This document shows positions 1 to 12,299 of a stretch of 64,000 nt of DNA, in pieces. How positions within the stretch are numbered: position 1 is the first letter of the stretch; the number at the start of each line of letters is the position of its first letter. Below the pieces are notes generated by a model, which saw nothing but the letters and a program-made list of their open reading frames with translations, did not search any database and had not been told where the DNA came from. Both the position numbers and the translations under genes were made by a program. The DNA comes from Octopus vulgaris (taxonomy: Eukaryota). Location: the NCBI GenBank assembly GCA_951406725.2, contig OX597818.1, forward strand, positions 70,804,001-70,868,000, in the 5' to 3' direction.

Positions 1-319
1 CACGTGCATACACACACACATACCTACATGCACATGCATGCAACCCATATACATATAACTGCTTGTGTATCATCATTGCTTTTTAATGTATCCATGCTTG
101 CATGGATTGGTCACAGTTTACTGATTTTCTGCAGCCAGATGTCCTTCCTCAGGGTTTCCAAGAAAGGTAATATTTGCCCAAGGCCAGACATGTTTCCATG
201 CATAATGTCATGTCATGTGATGTTAAGACAAGGAGACACAAAAATGCACACGTGCATGCATACATACATACATAAACAGACACATACATACATACATTTA
301 TACATACATACATACATAT

Positions 320-950
320 CAAGAAGTCTTCTTGTGGACGTGACCTGGGTATTAGTGTCAGCAGTGATTTGCACTGGACAAAGGACATCTCTAAAATTGT
401 CAAGAAGGCTGAGGGTGTCTTGGCATCACTCTGCAAGACCTTTGTCAGCCACTCTCCAGCTATCTATTTACAGTTGTAGATGGCTATGGAGCAGCCACAC
501 TTGGAATTTGTATCACCAGTCTGGAAGCCCTATCTTGCTCAGGACATTGACCTTCCTGAAAACTGTTCAGAGACATGAAACCAAGCAAATACCCTCCATC
601 AGACATCTACCATACTCTGAATGCCTTGCTTCCCTGGGCATGGATACATTAAAGCTCCAACATCTGGCAACTGACTTGGTAAACACGCACAAAATTATTC
701 ACCTTCATGCCAACAACCACCTTGAGCACTTTTTTGAATTCCATGTGTCTAACACATGTGGGCATCCCAACAAAGTCAGAAAACAGCACAGCTCCCATGA
801 CTTTCAGAAACATTTTTTCACACTCAGAGTTGCTAAATCATGGAGCAAACTACCTGCATCAGTTGTTAGTTGCTGAAACATTGCATCTTTTATAACCTCC
901 ATGCTTCTAGAAATTTGCTAACACTATACCTGATATCCCCACCTCCATAC
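320..950 (+). mobile_element. CR1-clade LINE, decayed 3' fragment (RT C-terminus)
   Basis: Translates (with frameshifts) to IPSIRHLPYSECLASLGMDTLKL...NTCGHPNKVRKQHSSHDFQKHFFTLRVAKSWSKLPASVVSC, nearly the same as the C-terminus of the 24042..25562 ORF. The 3'UTR is cut by a SINE at 960. Confidence 0.88.
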
Positions 951-959
951 GCATGTCAA

Positions 960-1290
960 GGCACATGGCTCAGTGGTTAGAGTGTCGAGCTTACGATTGT
1001 GAGGTTGTGAGTTCGAATCCTGAACCAGGCTGCGTGTTGTGTTCTTGAGCAAGACACTTTATTTCACATTGCTCCAGTTCACTCACCTGTAGAAATGAGT
1101 TGTGACATCACAGGTACCAAGTTGTATCGGCCTTTGCCTTTCCCTTGGATAACACTGGTGGCGTGGAGAGGGGAGGCCGGTATGCATGGGTGACTGCTGG
1201 TCTTCCATAAACAACCTTGCCCGGACTTTTACCTCAGAAGGTAACTTTCTATGTGCAATCCCATGGCCAGTCATGACCGAAGGGGCTCTC
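960..1290 (+). mobile_element. tRNA-derived SINE, family A
   Basis: Pol III A box TGGCTCAGTGG and B box GTTCGAATCC, followed by GTGTTCTTGAGCAAGACACT (CORE/V/Meta-like central motif). A near-identical second copy lies at 35228-35565. Confidence 0.9.
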
Positions 1291-2204
1291 AGCACTTTTC
1301 TGTGAAGGCAAGATCAGCAAAAAAGTTCTCCATCAAAAATCAGTGATAAATATCATTTTATATACACATTATACAATTATGAACTACTGATAGTTTCTGT
1401 AGATTAAAGATGTAGTCTAGGCAAGTTTTAACAACATGCTTTGTGTCTCTAAGCAGTCTTCAGGTTCTACCTTTATATATGTGTGTGGGGGGGGGGTAGT
1501 ACAATTGGTAAATGACCAGACAAAATGCTTTGACATTTGGATCCCTTTATGCTCTTAGTCAAACGATGTTTCATTTTGTGAAGGGTTTGCTTCTACTTCT
1601 GAAGCTATGTCACCTAAACTGACTATAAACACAATCACTTTCCACTCTAAATATGTAGAAATGGTTTTTTATGAGTTACTTTCATGTTAAGAAATAGAAC
1701 GGTTAAATAAACTTGTCCAAATAACTTTCATAACACAACTTGAAGAAGTTTTGCTGATGGTTATTTAAGAGTTATATAAATCTTAGTGCTAAAACATCTA
1801 AACATTATAGGAATTCCATGCTTTTGTTTATATTTTGTTTTCCTAAAACATCCACTGTCCCCCTTTCTTTCGTTTCTTTACCCTTGTAATCTTACTGCTT
1901 CTCTCCCCATTAAACTTCAGAATAATTGTTACTTTTACTGTTGAAAGTCTAACATGCCTATAAAACTACTTCCAGTGTTTTCTTCCCTTGAATCTTAAAC
2001 ATCACATGGAACAAATTCGTTGTTGTTGTTTGTTTGTGGTTGCTTTTGTATCTAATCAACAAACAGGAATCTATAAAAGAAGTCGACTAGGGAAAATATT
2101 CCTCAAGTCATTCCTTTCAAAAATAAAATATTGAGTTGTAAAGCTATAAATTCCGTATTTGTGCTAATAATTATATTGTGTCTTCTGTGCATACATTTGT
2201 GTGT

Positions 2205-2249
<45 letters not shown>

Positions 2250-2316
2250 CAACATCAAATGTGTGTGTGTGTGTGTAAGTATGAGTATAAATCTTTTTTT
2301 TTTCTATCTTTTGCAG

Positions 2317-2369
2317 GTATGTCATCCATATAAAATCAGCAAATGATATTTTGAAGACAAAATAAGTTG
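2317..2369 (+). other. Candidate recursive splice site (CAG|GTATGT) with 53-nt cryptic exon
   Basis: Polypyrimidine tract tcttttttttttctatcttttgCAG directly followed by GTATGT. Downstream donor TTG|GTGAGT at 2369/2370. Confidence 0.45.
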
Positions 2370-2670
2370 GTGAGTTGATATTGTGTGGTTATTAGCTGTT
2401 TTAGTAACATAGCTTTTAAGACATGTTTTCTTTGCTGCAGTAAATATACAAATCCAGTCATTTCTATGAATTCTTGGAGGAGATGCTAACACAGATAGAT
2501 TAGTTAAATCTATCAATTCAATCAGTTCTAGGAATTCTTAAAGCAGTTGCCAACTCCTCAGATGGTTCTTTTTCTTTTCTTTTTCTTTTACTCTTCAAGT
2601 TGAAACATATCAATGGCTTCTTAGATACAAGAATGTTGTTGATTTTTATTTTGACACCTACAGTTGCTCT

Positions 2671-2711
<41 letters not shown>

Positions 2712-2715
<4 letters not shown>

Positions 2716-2952
2716 GCTACTTGCTACTGCTGTACTCTACTGAAGCTGCTGCTGTACTCTATTAATGTTAGATACTGCTGTACTCAACTGATGCTACTGA
2801 ATACTGTTGTAATCTAATGTATTACTAGACACAGCTGTACTCTACTGATGCCACAAGAACTTGCTGTACTCTCCTAATGTTAGATATTGCTCTGCTCTAA
2901 CAATGCTAGGTACTCTTGCACTTTTCTAATGCTACTAGATACTGCTGTACTT
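2712..2952. repeat. Degenerate ~26-30 bp minisatellite
   Basis: About 8 diverged units of approximately tgatgctactagatactgctgtactctac, following a (CT)n tract. Confidence 0.8.
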
Positions 2953-3426
2953 CCAATTTCCTGTTGGTAGAAGTGTAACTGTTTGTCATAGAATCCTATT
3001 AGTACTGTGATCCATTTAGTCCTATATAAACAAAAGCATTCCAGCCATGACCATCTCATCTGTTATTCAATCTTCATTTATATAGGATTACATCATCCAA
3101 CATATTTTCTGTTTTATACTTGATAGAGTTAGCTTTAAGTTAGATTTGACTCACATCTTAAATAAAGTTAAGAGTTTTTTAAGACTTTATAGTCAAATCA
3201 TCTGACCAAGTAAATGGATCATTCAAGATTGTGCACTACTGGTTAAACTCTCCTTTGTGCTAATGAGGTCTAATAAGGCAGGAACATAACTGGAGTTGTT
3301 GATGTCCTGATAAAACAATCATTCTCGCTCCTCACGGCATTGCATGTTTAATTTTAATTCATTAGACTTTCAGAGTTATCTCCTCTTCTTTCATGATCAT
3401 AATTAATTGTTTAGATAACAATTATT

Positions 3427-3848
3427 GGATCTTTTCGGTTTGAAGGGCAGTTTTTTCTAGCAGTGTTATATGAAATTGTCACCCATAACTATGACCCTAG
3501 TATCGATCTGTTGCATTTTAATCTATTTAGGGTTAGGGTTAGGGGTGGGGGTGGGGGAAGGGTATCTTTTTTTCTTCACAAATGTAAATAAACCCAATCT
3601 GTTTCTTAAACGAGGGACATATTCATACAGCACGGAATGTTGTTTACCTCAATAGACGTATTTGATTGGTTGAAATTGCAGAAATTGAAGAAAAAAGAAC
3701 AACAAATATCTTACAAACTATAGAATTTTCTCAATAAAGCCAAGAGAAAAAGATGTTTTATAAACACATTCTACCAGTATACGAAGTTTAAAATTTTTTA
3801 GTTACCTAGAAATTATGTTAAAAACTGCCATTCAAACCAAAAAGATCC
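3427..3848. mobile_element. MITE with ~30-bp TIRs and 8-bp TSD (Merlin-like GG termini)
   Basis: Left end GGATCTTTTCGGTTTGAAGGGCAGTTTTTT; right end AAAAACTGCCATTCAAACCAAAAAGATCC. CAATTATT is duplicated at 3419-3426 and 3849-3856. Confidence 0.9.
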
Positions 3849-4332
3849 CAATTATTCACACATTTTTTTTTTTTCATTCTATTCCACATTATTCTTGGAC
3901 AGCAACTCCAGCTTGATAACAAAATTTTAGTTAGTCTGTCCTTTATTAGAGTTTTAGTGGCTATGATCCTGGACCAACTGCACAGTTTGCCACCAAATGT
4001 GCACTATGTTTTTACAAGACACCACTCATGTGGGTGGCTTTTGGCTCATGGTAAGCACCTCCATTCTTTGACAGGTCTTGTTTTCAGTCCTGCAGAATGA
4101 CCACAACAAGCTAAGGGGAGGCCAGCTTAATCACTGCCCAACTGACCATGAAACAATTAGCTGCAGAAGTCTCTTAACCTAAAATTCATTTTTATAATTA
4201 CATTCTAATCAAAATTTATTAACTTACACCAAACATGCCATTCCCTATATTACTAAAAAAAAAAAACCAAATTCCATGTGACACATACAAATATGGAAAG
4301 TGTACATTTAAGCAGTGATGAGGATAAGGAGG

Positions 4333-4635
4333 ATTATTATTTTTCTCTTTATCTCAGATTGTGTTGTAACTCCTCGACTTAAGCATGTGTAGTGTGTTTC
4401 CCGCCAGCAGCCTACGCTACCATCTTATCTGTTCTTTTCAATTATCTAATACTTTGCTGATTATTCTGGAGACAGAGAATTTTTAACAATTCTGCTGGGC
4501 ACTCTATTCCAATTTCCTTTATATTCCTCTTGATGCCTTCTGATACTGTCCCCAAGGACCCCACAATAAATGACACTATCTTCACCTTTTTCAGTTTTCA
4601 CAGCCAGGCTATTTCGTACTTAAGAGGATTGTATT
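4333..4635 (-). mobile_element. Dong/R4-like non-LTR retrotransposon, old 3' fragment (restriction-like endonuclease C-terminus)
   Basis: Minus-strand translation YNPLKYEIAWL*KLKKVKIVSFIVGSLGTVSEGIKRNIKEIGIECPAELL...RIISKVLDN* matches the R4-clade pattern Y..L..EI..LW...V.(V/I)VP(I/V)V(I/V)GALG. Ends in a short AATAAT tail. Confidence 0.7.
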
Positions 4636-4842
4636 ATTACAGAATTATTATTTAAGAAGTTGCACAGTGTCCAATATCATGATGTTGTTGATTGAAGATG
4701 TTGGGGGTTTGTACTGTCTGCCAAGTCACAACAAAGACCTAAGGCAAACACTACTTGACACAATAGGTGTGCAGGTTCCAAGTAATGCCAACTTTGGCAA
4801 TACACCTAGATTGTAGGGTATTTCTTCTTCTTCTTCTTCTTC

Positions 4843-4900
<58 letters not shown>

Positions 4901-4921
4901 TATTATTATTATTATTATTAT
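4843..4921. repeat. (ATT)n microsatellite
   Basis: Directly visible. Confidence 0.95.
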
Positions 4922-5225
4922 TGTTTGTTTGACTTTTGCTTTGTATTTGTACAAGTTGGCTCCAAGTCTCACCCAGAGACCTCAAGAGACAAGTTAGAAG
5001 TTCATGTTGGTGTTGTACCTAGGGTGTCATGTATTTGGTTTTGTACATAGTATTGTTCTAGAGAATGTTTAAGAAAACATAAAAATATTATAAGTTTGTT
5101 TTAAAATTTGAGATTACATAGATAGTATTTTATGTAGGATATGGGCAGTTCCCATGAGCACTATCTTTTGAATTTCTGCCATTTTAGTGTTTCCTGGTAC
5201 TAGGTAGGAATCAGCCTCTTTTGCT
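4922..5225 (-). mobile_element. 5'-truncated Dong/R4-like LINE inserted in (TAA)n
   Basis: Minus-strand translation IAKEADSYLVPGNTKMAEIQKIVLMGTAHILHKILSM* (stop at 5114-5116) matches the QK..LLGTA.ILRKVL C-terminus of the R4 clade. Flanked on both sides by (ATT)n. Confidence 0.8.
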
Positions 5226-5399
<174 letters not shown>

Positions 5400-6545
5400 A
5401 TTTGTCTTGTGCCTGTGCTGTTCCATTTTGCTGATACAAATTTACAATCTGTCCTAGATCAAAAGAGAAAAAAATCCAAATCTCAAACCATTTCCAGTTC
5501 CAGGTATTTTAGACTAAAGATTCTTGACTGTCTTCTCATTTTTTTTTCCTGCTTACAGCCAAAATAATGACATCCCAATGCCTCTTTTCTTCACACTTAA
5601 ATGAACAGCAACAGCTTCAAATGCTCCGTTTCTCCACTTCACATGACAAGTCAACTCATGAAGCCTACAAAGTTATTCTCTTCTATTCTTGTTGGTTTTC
5701 TTTTTACTCAAACTGGGAACCTCGTCTATGATTTTAGGTTTGCTGCTCAAGATTTTATCTAATTAACCTTCATTAACATTGATTCAATGGATCCCTACAT
5801 CTTCTTGATTAGTCACTCTATAATCCATTAATAAGAGTAATACTATATACTTTGCTAATGAGGTCTAATAGGACAGAAATATGTCTAGTGTTGTCACCGT
5901 ACCTCCCAAAAGCTAGACTCCCACCATGTTCCACTATAATCTAATTTCAGTCAATTTCAATTCCCAGCTTTGTCTTCCCTCTCTTGACCAGAACCCACCA
6001 TTACAATAATGATTGTTCTTTTTTTTTCTTTCATTCTTTCTTCATCACTATGGTTATAACTTTAATTAATTGCAATTTCTCAGCTCACACCATTAACTAT
6101 GTTAATGCCCACTTTCCTATTCATATCCATTTGTCGATCAATGAAGAAAACAGCATCAAAAATACACACAACAACATCAAAATCAATTAAGCAACAGACA
6201 TACATTTTATCCTGTTAATTCTTCTCACACACAACTTCCATACATCTTTCTCTCAATGATTTCTTCTTTGCTGTGTAATCTGATACATGGCTTATATATT
6301 TACATCATATTTTCCTCTCCACTTTTTCCTTTGTGTAACCTAATTTTCTGCAAGCAACTGTTACATATACTTATGTGCTTACATACATTCATACATACAC
6401 ACACGCACACACATACACACACTAACACACACACGCACACACACACACACACACACACATGCACTCAAACTCATGCAAACTTATACATATGCATGCTTAT
6501 ACCTGCCTCCCACTATTTTTCTTGTTCATACTCACTTATATGCTG

Positions 6546-6591
<46 letters not shown>

Positions 6592-7064
6592 CGCATATTC
6601 TTCATAAGAGATTTCATGAGTATTGAAGTGGTATTTTAAACAGGCATATTTTGTCCTAACAATGAATATTTCTTTTCAAGATTAAAAGCGAAGCAAAGCG
6701 TGTTATTAGAAGTATGGTGTGTGTTGTGGAGCAGGTACTCTGACACAATCATCCGTACCTACATCAAGCACAGAGATAATTTGCACTTAAAGTGTACAAT
6801 GCATGCTACAGAGTGCTCTTCTAGAAATTGGGTTATTCACCAACGCTTTCAAAGACAGCGCTTTTTCATTATCTTCATTGCTGTTCTTGCTGTTGTTATT
6901 GTTGGTAGCATATTTTGCTTAAACAAGTTTCTTTTATGTTTTTCTCCTCAACAAAACAAAAACAAAACAAAAGCAAAAATATGTACCTTTATCTGCTTTG
7001 CTTGCACAATGATATATTCTTTTCAAACTCAATTTTGGTCAGACAAATCTATAGAATGCTCTCT

Positions 7065-7125
<61 letters not shown>

Positions 7126-7810
7126 CATCCATCTATCTTTCTCCCTTTCTCTCTCTCTCTTCCATATGCGTGTGTGTGTGTGTGTGTGATTATATTTGGG
7201 TCCTGGCTTGGATCTGTGGATGTGGAGTTCACTTTGGAACCACAGAGTCATGAGTTCAATTCCACTGTGTGACTGGACTTTGTGGTTCTTTAAACCTTCC
7301 GTTGTTGTTGAAACAGATTTACAAATGTTCTGTCAGTGTAATTGTTGAATTGGTAGACAGAAATTGTATAGAAAGCTGTAGCATGAGAGAGAGTGAGAGA
7401 GAGTGTGTTTGTGTGTGTGTAAGTGAGTGCATGTATGCGTGTGTGTGTGCATGCATAAATGTTAAGATTCGATGCCACTGAATGCAAGCACAGAGCAGTG
7501 AAAATGAATATTTACTGAGATTCTCAATAAAAGCAAGTTAGGGTTAAAGAGTTAAAAGGAAAGGCATTTAGCTGTAGTAAAATGCTTCATAAATATGTAC
7601 CCATCCACCCCAAGCAAGCATTAAAAGAATATGTAAACCAAAAATATTCTCCCCACTAAATTATTGATTTTCTTTGGTGGAATCTAATTTAGTCTAACAC
7701 CCACCCTCCCACCTATCACCTTGTGGCACTTGTCATCCTCTTGGTGTTAGTTCAATGTCCTTGTTATTACCTGTAATTACTATAATCTAGCTGTTCTTTT
7801 CTATTATCTC

Positions 7811-7813
<3 letters not shown>

Positions 7814-7841
<28 letters not shown>

Positions 7842-8800
7842 CTTTAACATCCATTGTCAATGCATTGTTTCTAAGGCTGGATGGCCTTCCTAATGCCAAC
7901 CACTCCAAGAGTGTAATGGGTGCTTTTACATGCTACCAGCACAGGTGCCAGTGGCATGGCACAATTACGATTTCAACCATAGCATATTGCCAAAGGTCAC
8001 CCTGCCTCTGTGAGGCCCAGCACTCAAAAAGTGCTTTTTACATGCCACTGGTGCAGGTACCAGTTAATCGACACTGGCATCAGACCCATAGACTCTGTGA
8101 GGCTCAAAATTCAAAAGGTGCCTTTTGTGAGCCACCAGCATGGGTGCCAAATATGTGACACTGGCATCAGCCATGACTATGATTTCACTTAGTTTGATGG
8201 GTTTTCTCAAGAACAGCATATCACCAAAGGTCTCGTTCACTTGTCATTACCTCTGTGAGGCCCAACGCTCTAAGATCATGCTTCACCACCTTGTCCCATG
8301 TCTTCCTAGGTCTACCTCTTCTACAGGTTCCCTCCACAGTTAGAGATTGGTACTTCTTCACACAGCTGTCCTCATCCATATGCATCACATGACCATACCA
8401 GCACATTCGTCTCTCATGCACACCACACTAATGCCTCTCATGCCCGACTTTCCTCTCAAGATGCTTACACTCTGTCGAATGCACACTGACATTGCACATC
8501 CAGTGAAGCATACTAGCTTCATTTCTTTCAAGCCTACACATGTCTTCGGTGGTCACAGCCCATGTTTCACTGCCATGTAGTACAGCTGTTCACACACAGA
8601 CATCATACAGTCTACCTTTCACTCTGAGGGAGAGGTCCTTTGTTGCCAACAGCGGAAGAAGCTCTCTGAACTTTGTCTAGCCTATTCTTATTCTCACAGC
8701 CATGCTCTTAGAGCATCCACCCCCACTGCTGACATGGTCACCAAGATTACAGAAGCTATCAACTACTTCTAGCTTATCCCACTGGCATTTGATGGAGTCT
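7814..8800 (-). mobile_element. 5'-truncated RTE-clade LINE with long repeat-containing 3'UTR and (GAT)n tail
   Basis: Minus strand gives LEVVDSFCNLGD...KGRLYDVCV*TAVLHGSETWA and ERRMCWYGHVMHM...GTCRRGRPRKTWDKVVKHDL. The 3'UTR ends ...GGATGTTAAAGGATGATGATG. Confidence 0.85.
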
Positions 8801-9477
8801 ATCACAAATTAGTGACCAGCATTGCATGTCAAGTAAGTAGTAGTAATAGTTGTAGTAGTAGTAGCCACAGCAGTGGCCATGGCTTAACCACCACTACCCC
8901 CCCCAGGCTGCCTCTGATTAAACACACCAAGGATCAAAGGTATTTCCTCTTTGGCCATCTTTACTGCTTCCAAACATTATATATACCCGTACCAGTTTAT
9001 CCAATGTCTTTCCCCAAAGATTTTTTGACAGGATTTGAGGGAGATTCAGCTGTTATTTCAAGCAGGGTCAGTGATCTAACAGTGCAGAGATGGGAATACC
9101 TTTTGTACACCTTTGAATATGAAATTACTCACTGATAAAGTCTTTTGAAACCATGATTGAATCTTTAAAACCAAAACAGTAATTTAAAATGCTTAGCATC
9201 ATCATCATCTAACATTTATCTTCCATCCTGGCATGGGTTGGATGGTTTGACATGATCCAGAAGGTCCGAGGACTGCACTATGCTTTACTTTGGCATGGTT
9301 TCTATGGCTTGATGCTCTTCTTAATGCCAACCCCTTTAAAATTCCTTCAACTGAAATGGGGCTACAGAATGGGGACAGAACAGAACTTGTTGGTTACTCA
9401 CATGAATTTGTAAAACAAAAAATGACTGACTTTTGTCAGCTTAAATGAAACCCTTAAACACCCGTAATTCAACTCTG

Positions 9478-9790
9478 GGGAAGCACGTGGCTTAGTGGTT
9501 AGGCTGTTCATCTCATGATTGTAAGATCAGGAATTCGATTCCTGGTGGTGCATTCTATCTTTGAGCAAGACTCTTTATTTTACAATGATCCCGTCTACTC
9601 AACTGGCAAAAATGAATAACGACTTTAATTCGAAGGGGCCAGCCTTGTTACATTCTATACAATGCTGAATCTCCCTGAGAATTACGTTAAGGGTACACAT
9701 GTCTGTGGAGTACTCAGCCACTTGCACATTAATTGCATGAGCAGGCTGTTCCATTGATCGGATCAACTAGAACTCTTAATTGATGAAATG
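9478..9790 (+). mobile_element. tRNA-derived SINE, diverged, head related to family A
   Basis: A box GTGGCTTAGTGGTT, B box ATTCGATTCC, then CTTTGAGCAAGACTCTTTATTT. The tail motif GTCTGTGGAGTACTCAGCCAC recurs near 53003 and 63661. Confidence 0.75.
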
Positions 9791-10361
9791 CCAGTTAGAC
9801 CACGTCTGGGATTAAAATATTACTCCAGCTCTGATCTCTTATGGTTTCATGTCAGACATGGTTGTCTCTGGAGGATATTCAAGGGAATGCTTCAATTCAT
9901 GCCGTGAGTTTGCAAGGGCCAAAGGTAAACAAAGCTATACAACAGTGGCCAGAATCTTGGTTGTTCCTCTCAGAACATCTTTCTCACATGGTTAGAAATG
10001 CTTCGGACGAACAGACAATGACTTCCATTTCTGATTATTGTTATTGATTTTTTTATTTATTTATTCTTCACCGAATGAGATAAGATGTTAAAGCTAAACT
10101 GCAAAGATTTCAGGGCCAGATTAACATGGATTAACACGGAAATAATTGAGATTTCTGGAATGATGTACACAAGAAGAAGGTGATGGGGGGATTAATTAGA
10201 TAATTAGATTAATTACACAATACCATGACCAGAATGTTGTTAGTTCTGATGGAGAAGTCCAATGATCAAAGACTGCCCCGTCAAGACAGACTTATTTTCA
10301 ACCCTAACCCTTGCTACTGTTGCTGCTGCTACTGCTGCTGCTGCTACTGCTGCTGCTGCTG

Positions 10362-10419
<58 letters not shown>

Positions 10420-10709
10420 CACTACCACATGGATTAATGTGCCTTTCCCTTTTTAATAATGTAGGGTGTAATCTGAAAAAAATTGGTGGCTATTTCTAGC
10501 AAGTCAAGTAACAGAAGCATCTTTATTCCCTCCACTAATCATCCACAAAGTTTGTTTCGTGGATCATGCAAGCAACACTTCACACCAGTTCCTTGATGAC
10601 TCATTTGCATATTCTTGACCTGTATATGTGGTGGTGGTTTTGACATGTGTGTGGCAGTGTGTGCCTCCCTATCTTGACAGATGGGGGTGGAAATAGCTCA
10701 GAGGTAAGT

Positions 10710-10925
10710 CTAATGTCCATTCTCCATGCTGGCATGGGTTGGACAGTTTGACTGAGGTCTGGAGAGCAAGTGGCTGCACCAGGCTCGTCTGATCTGGCAA
10801 TGTTTCTACAGCTGGATGCCCTTCCTAACACCAACCACTTTGGGAGGGCAGGGGTGCTTTTTACGTACCACCAACACAGGAGCCAGTCAGGCGAGCCTGA
10901 CATTGATCATGTTTGGATAGTGCTT
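10710..10925 (-). mobile_element. RTE 3'UTR-only copy (short retroposed fragment)
   Basis: Same CCATGCTGGCATGGGTTGGAC...GCTGGATGCCCTTCCTAA sequence as the 3' end of the RTE at 29999-31080. Confidence 0.8.
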
Positions 10926-11854
10926 AGGATTGACAAAAATTGTATTCCATCCAGTGAGAGATGAAAATCATTTAATGTACACAGTATAAAGACATGAGCT
11001 ACTAATAATTTATTGCATAAATCTGCCTGACTTTGGTGTCTCTATGGCAAGAAACTGTTAACAGCCCTTATTCTAAATACTATATGTGTATATATAATAG
11101 GTAAATTGGGATATATAATCCAGTTGTTTACTTTATGAAACACTTCCATGGATGGTAGCTTTTTGAAAATTGAAAGGTGAAGACATCTCTTAAGGATGTC
11201 ACAGCACCAGTAATCTGAAAATCCTTAAAATATTCCTAGAGTATATAAAAGTATCAAAGAATGGAAAGTGAAAATTGCATTTACTGCTTAGTTTACAATT
11301 GTTTCATCAATTTAAATTAAACAGTCTTGCATCATTTTTTTTCCCTGTTGACAACTACTAGTTTATCCCCGTGTACTGTGCAGTTTTCCCATGACCACCC
11401 AAGTTGAAATCAATTTGTCTGAATGCTACAGAAAGCAAGAAGCTGATTAACTCTTAAATCTCACCAAAACTATTTATACCCATAAAGCCATTTTAAGTAG
11501 CAGGTATAATCAAGCAAAATATTGGAAGGAAGGGAGTAAAAATAGATGAAGAAAGGGAGGGAGAATTTGATGAGATAATTTGTCTCAAATCTCATTGACA
11601 ACCAGACTCATTGATATATGTTTCCATATAAATATATATGTGTATATGCATTTGTGTGCATGTGTATATATATATTATGTGTGCGTGTGTACATAAATAT
11701 GTATATATACAAGTATGTATGTATAAATAGATAGACAAACAGACAGATAAAATATGAGAGAAAGAAACTGGAATTCATGAGACTCTTTATTCACTATTTA
11801 CTACATGGTGTATTCTTGAATATAAAATAGTTATATATATATATATATATATTA

Positions 11855-12259
11855 TATCAGCATCAATGGAAATTGTAGCTGTGATACCAGTGCCGGTGGC
11901 ACGTAAGAGAACCATCTAAACGTGGCCGTTTGCCAGTGCCGCCCTGACTGGCCTCCGTGCGGGTGGCACATAAAAAGCACCATCCAATCGTGGCCGTTGC
12001 CAGCCTCATCAGGCCTCCGTGCCGGTGGCACATAAAAAGCACAATCCGATCGTGGCCATTTGCCAGCCTCGTCTGTTACCTGTGCCGGTGGCACGTAAAA
12101 AGCACCCACTACACTCACGGAGTGGTTGGCATTAGGAAGGGCATCCAGCCATAGAAACACTGCCAGATCAGACTGGGCCTGGTGCAGTCTTCTGGCTTCC
12201 CAGACCTCAGTTGAACCATCCAACCTATGCTAGCATGGAAAGCGGACGCTAAACGATGA

Positions 12260-12262
<3 letters not shown>
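11855..12262 (+). mobile_element. RTE 3'UTR copy with four ~63-bp internal repeats; CpG-rich, probably young
   Basis: GTGCCGGTGGCAC(G/A)TAAAAAGCACC units at 11890, 11957, 12019 and 12082. Ends GGACGCTAAACGATGATGAT. Inserted in (TA)n. Confidence 0.88.
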
Positions 12263-12298
<36 letters not shown>

Positions 12299-12299
12299 T

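Noticed and set aside
960-1030. tRNA gene (also 9480, 23226, 35228)
   Set aside because: A and B boxes are present, but they run into SINE bodies that recur in the window and show no complete cloverleaf.
3526-3545. Telomere or chromosome fusion site
   Set aside because: Only about three TTAGGG units, and they are internal to a TIR/TSD-bounded MITE.
11890-12106. CRISPR-like array of palindromic repeats with spacers
   Set aside because: Spacers are homologous to each other, there are no cas genes, the context is eukaryotic, and the array is part of an RTE 3'UTR.
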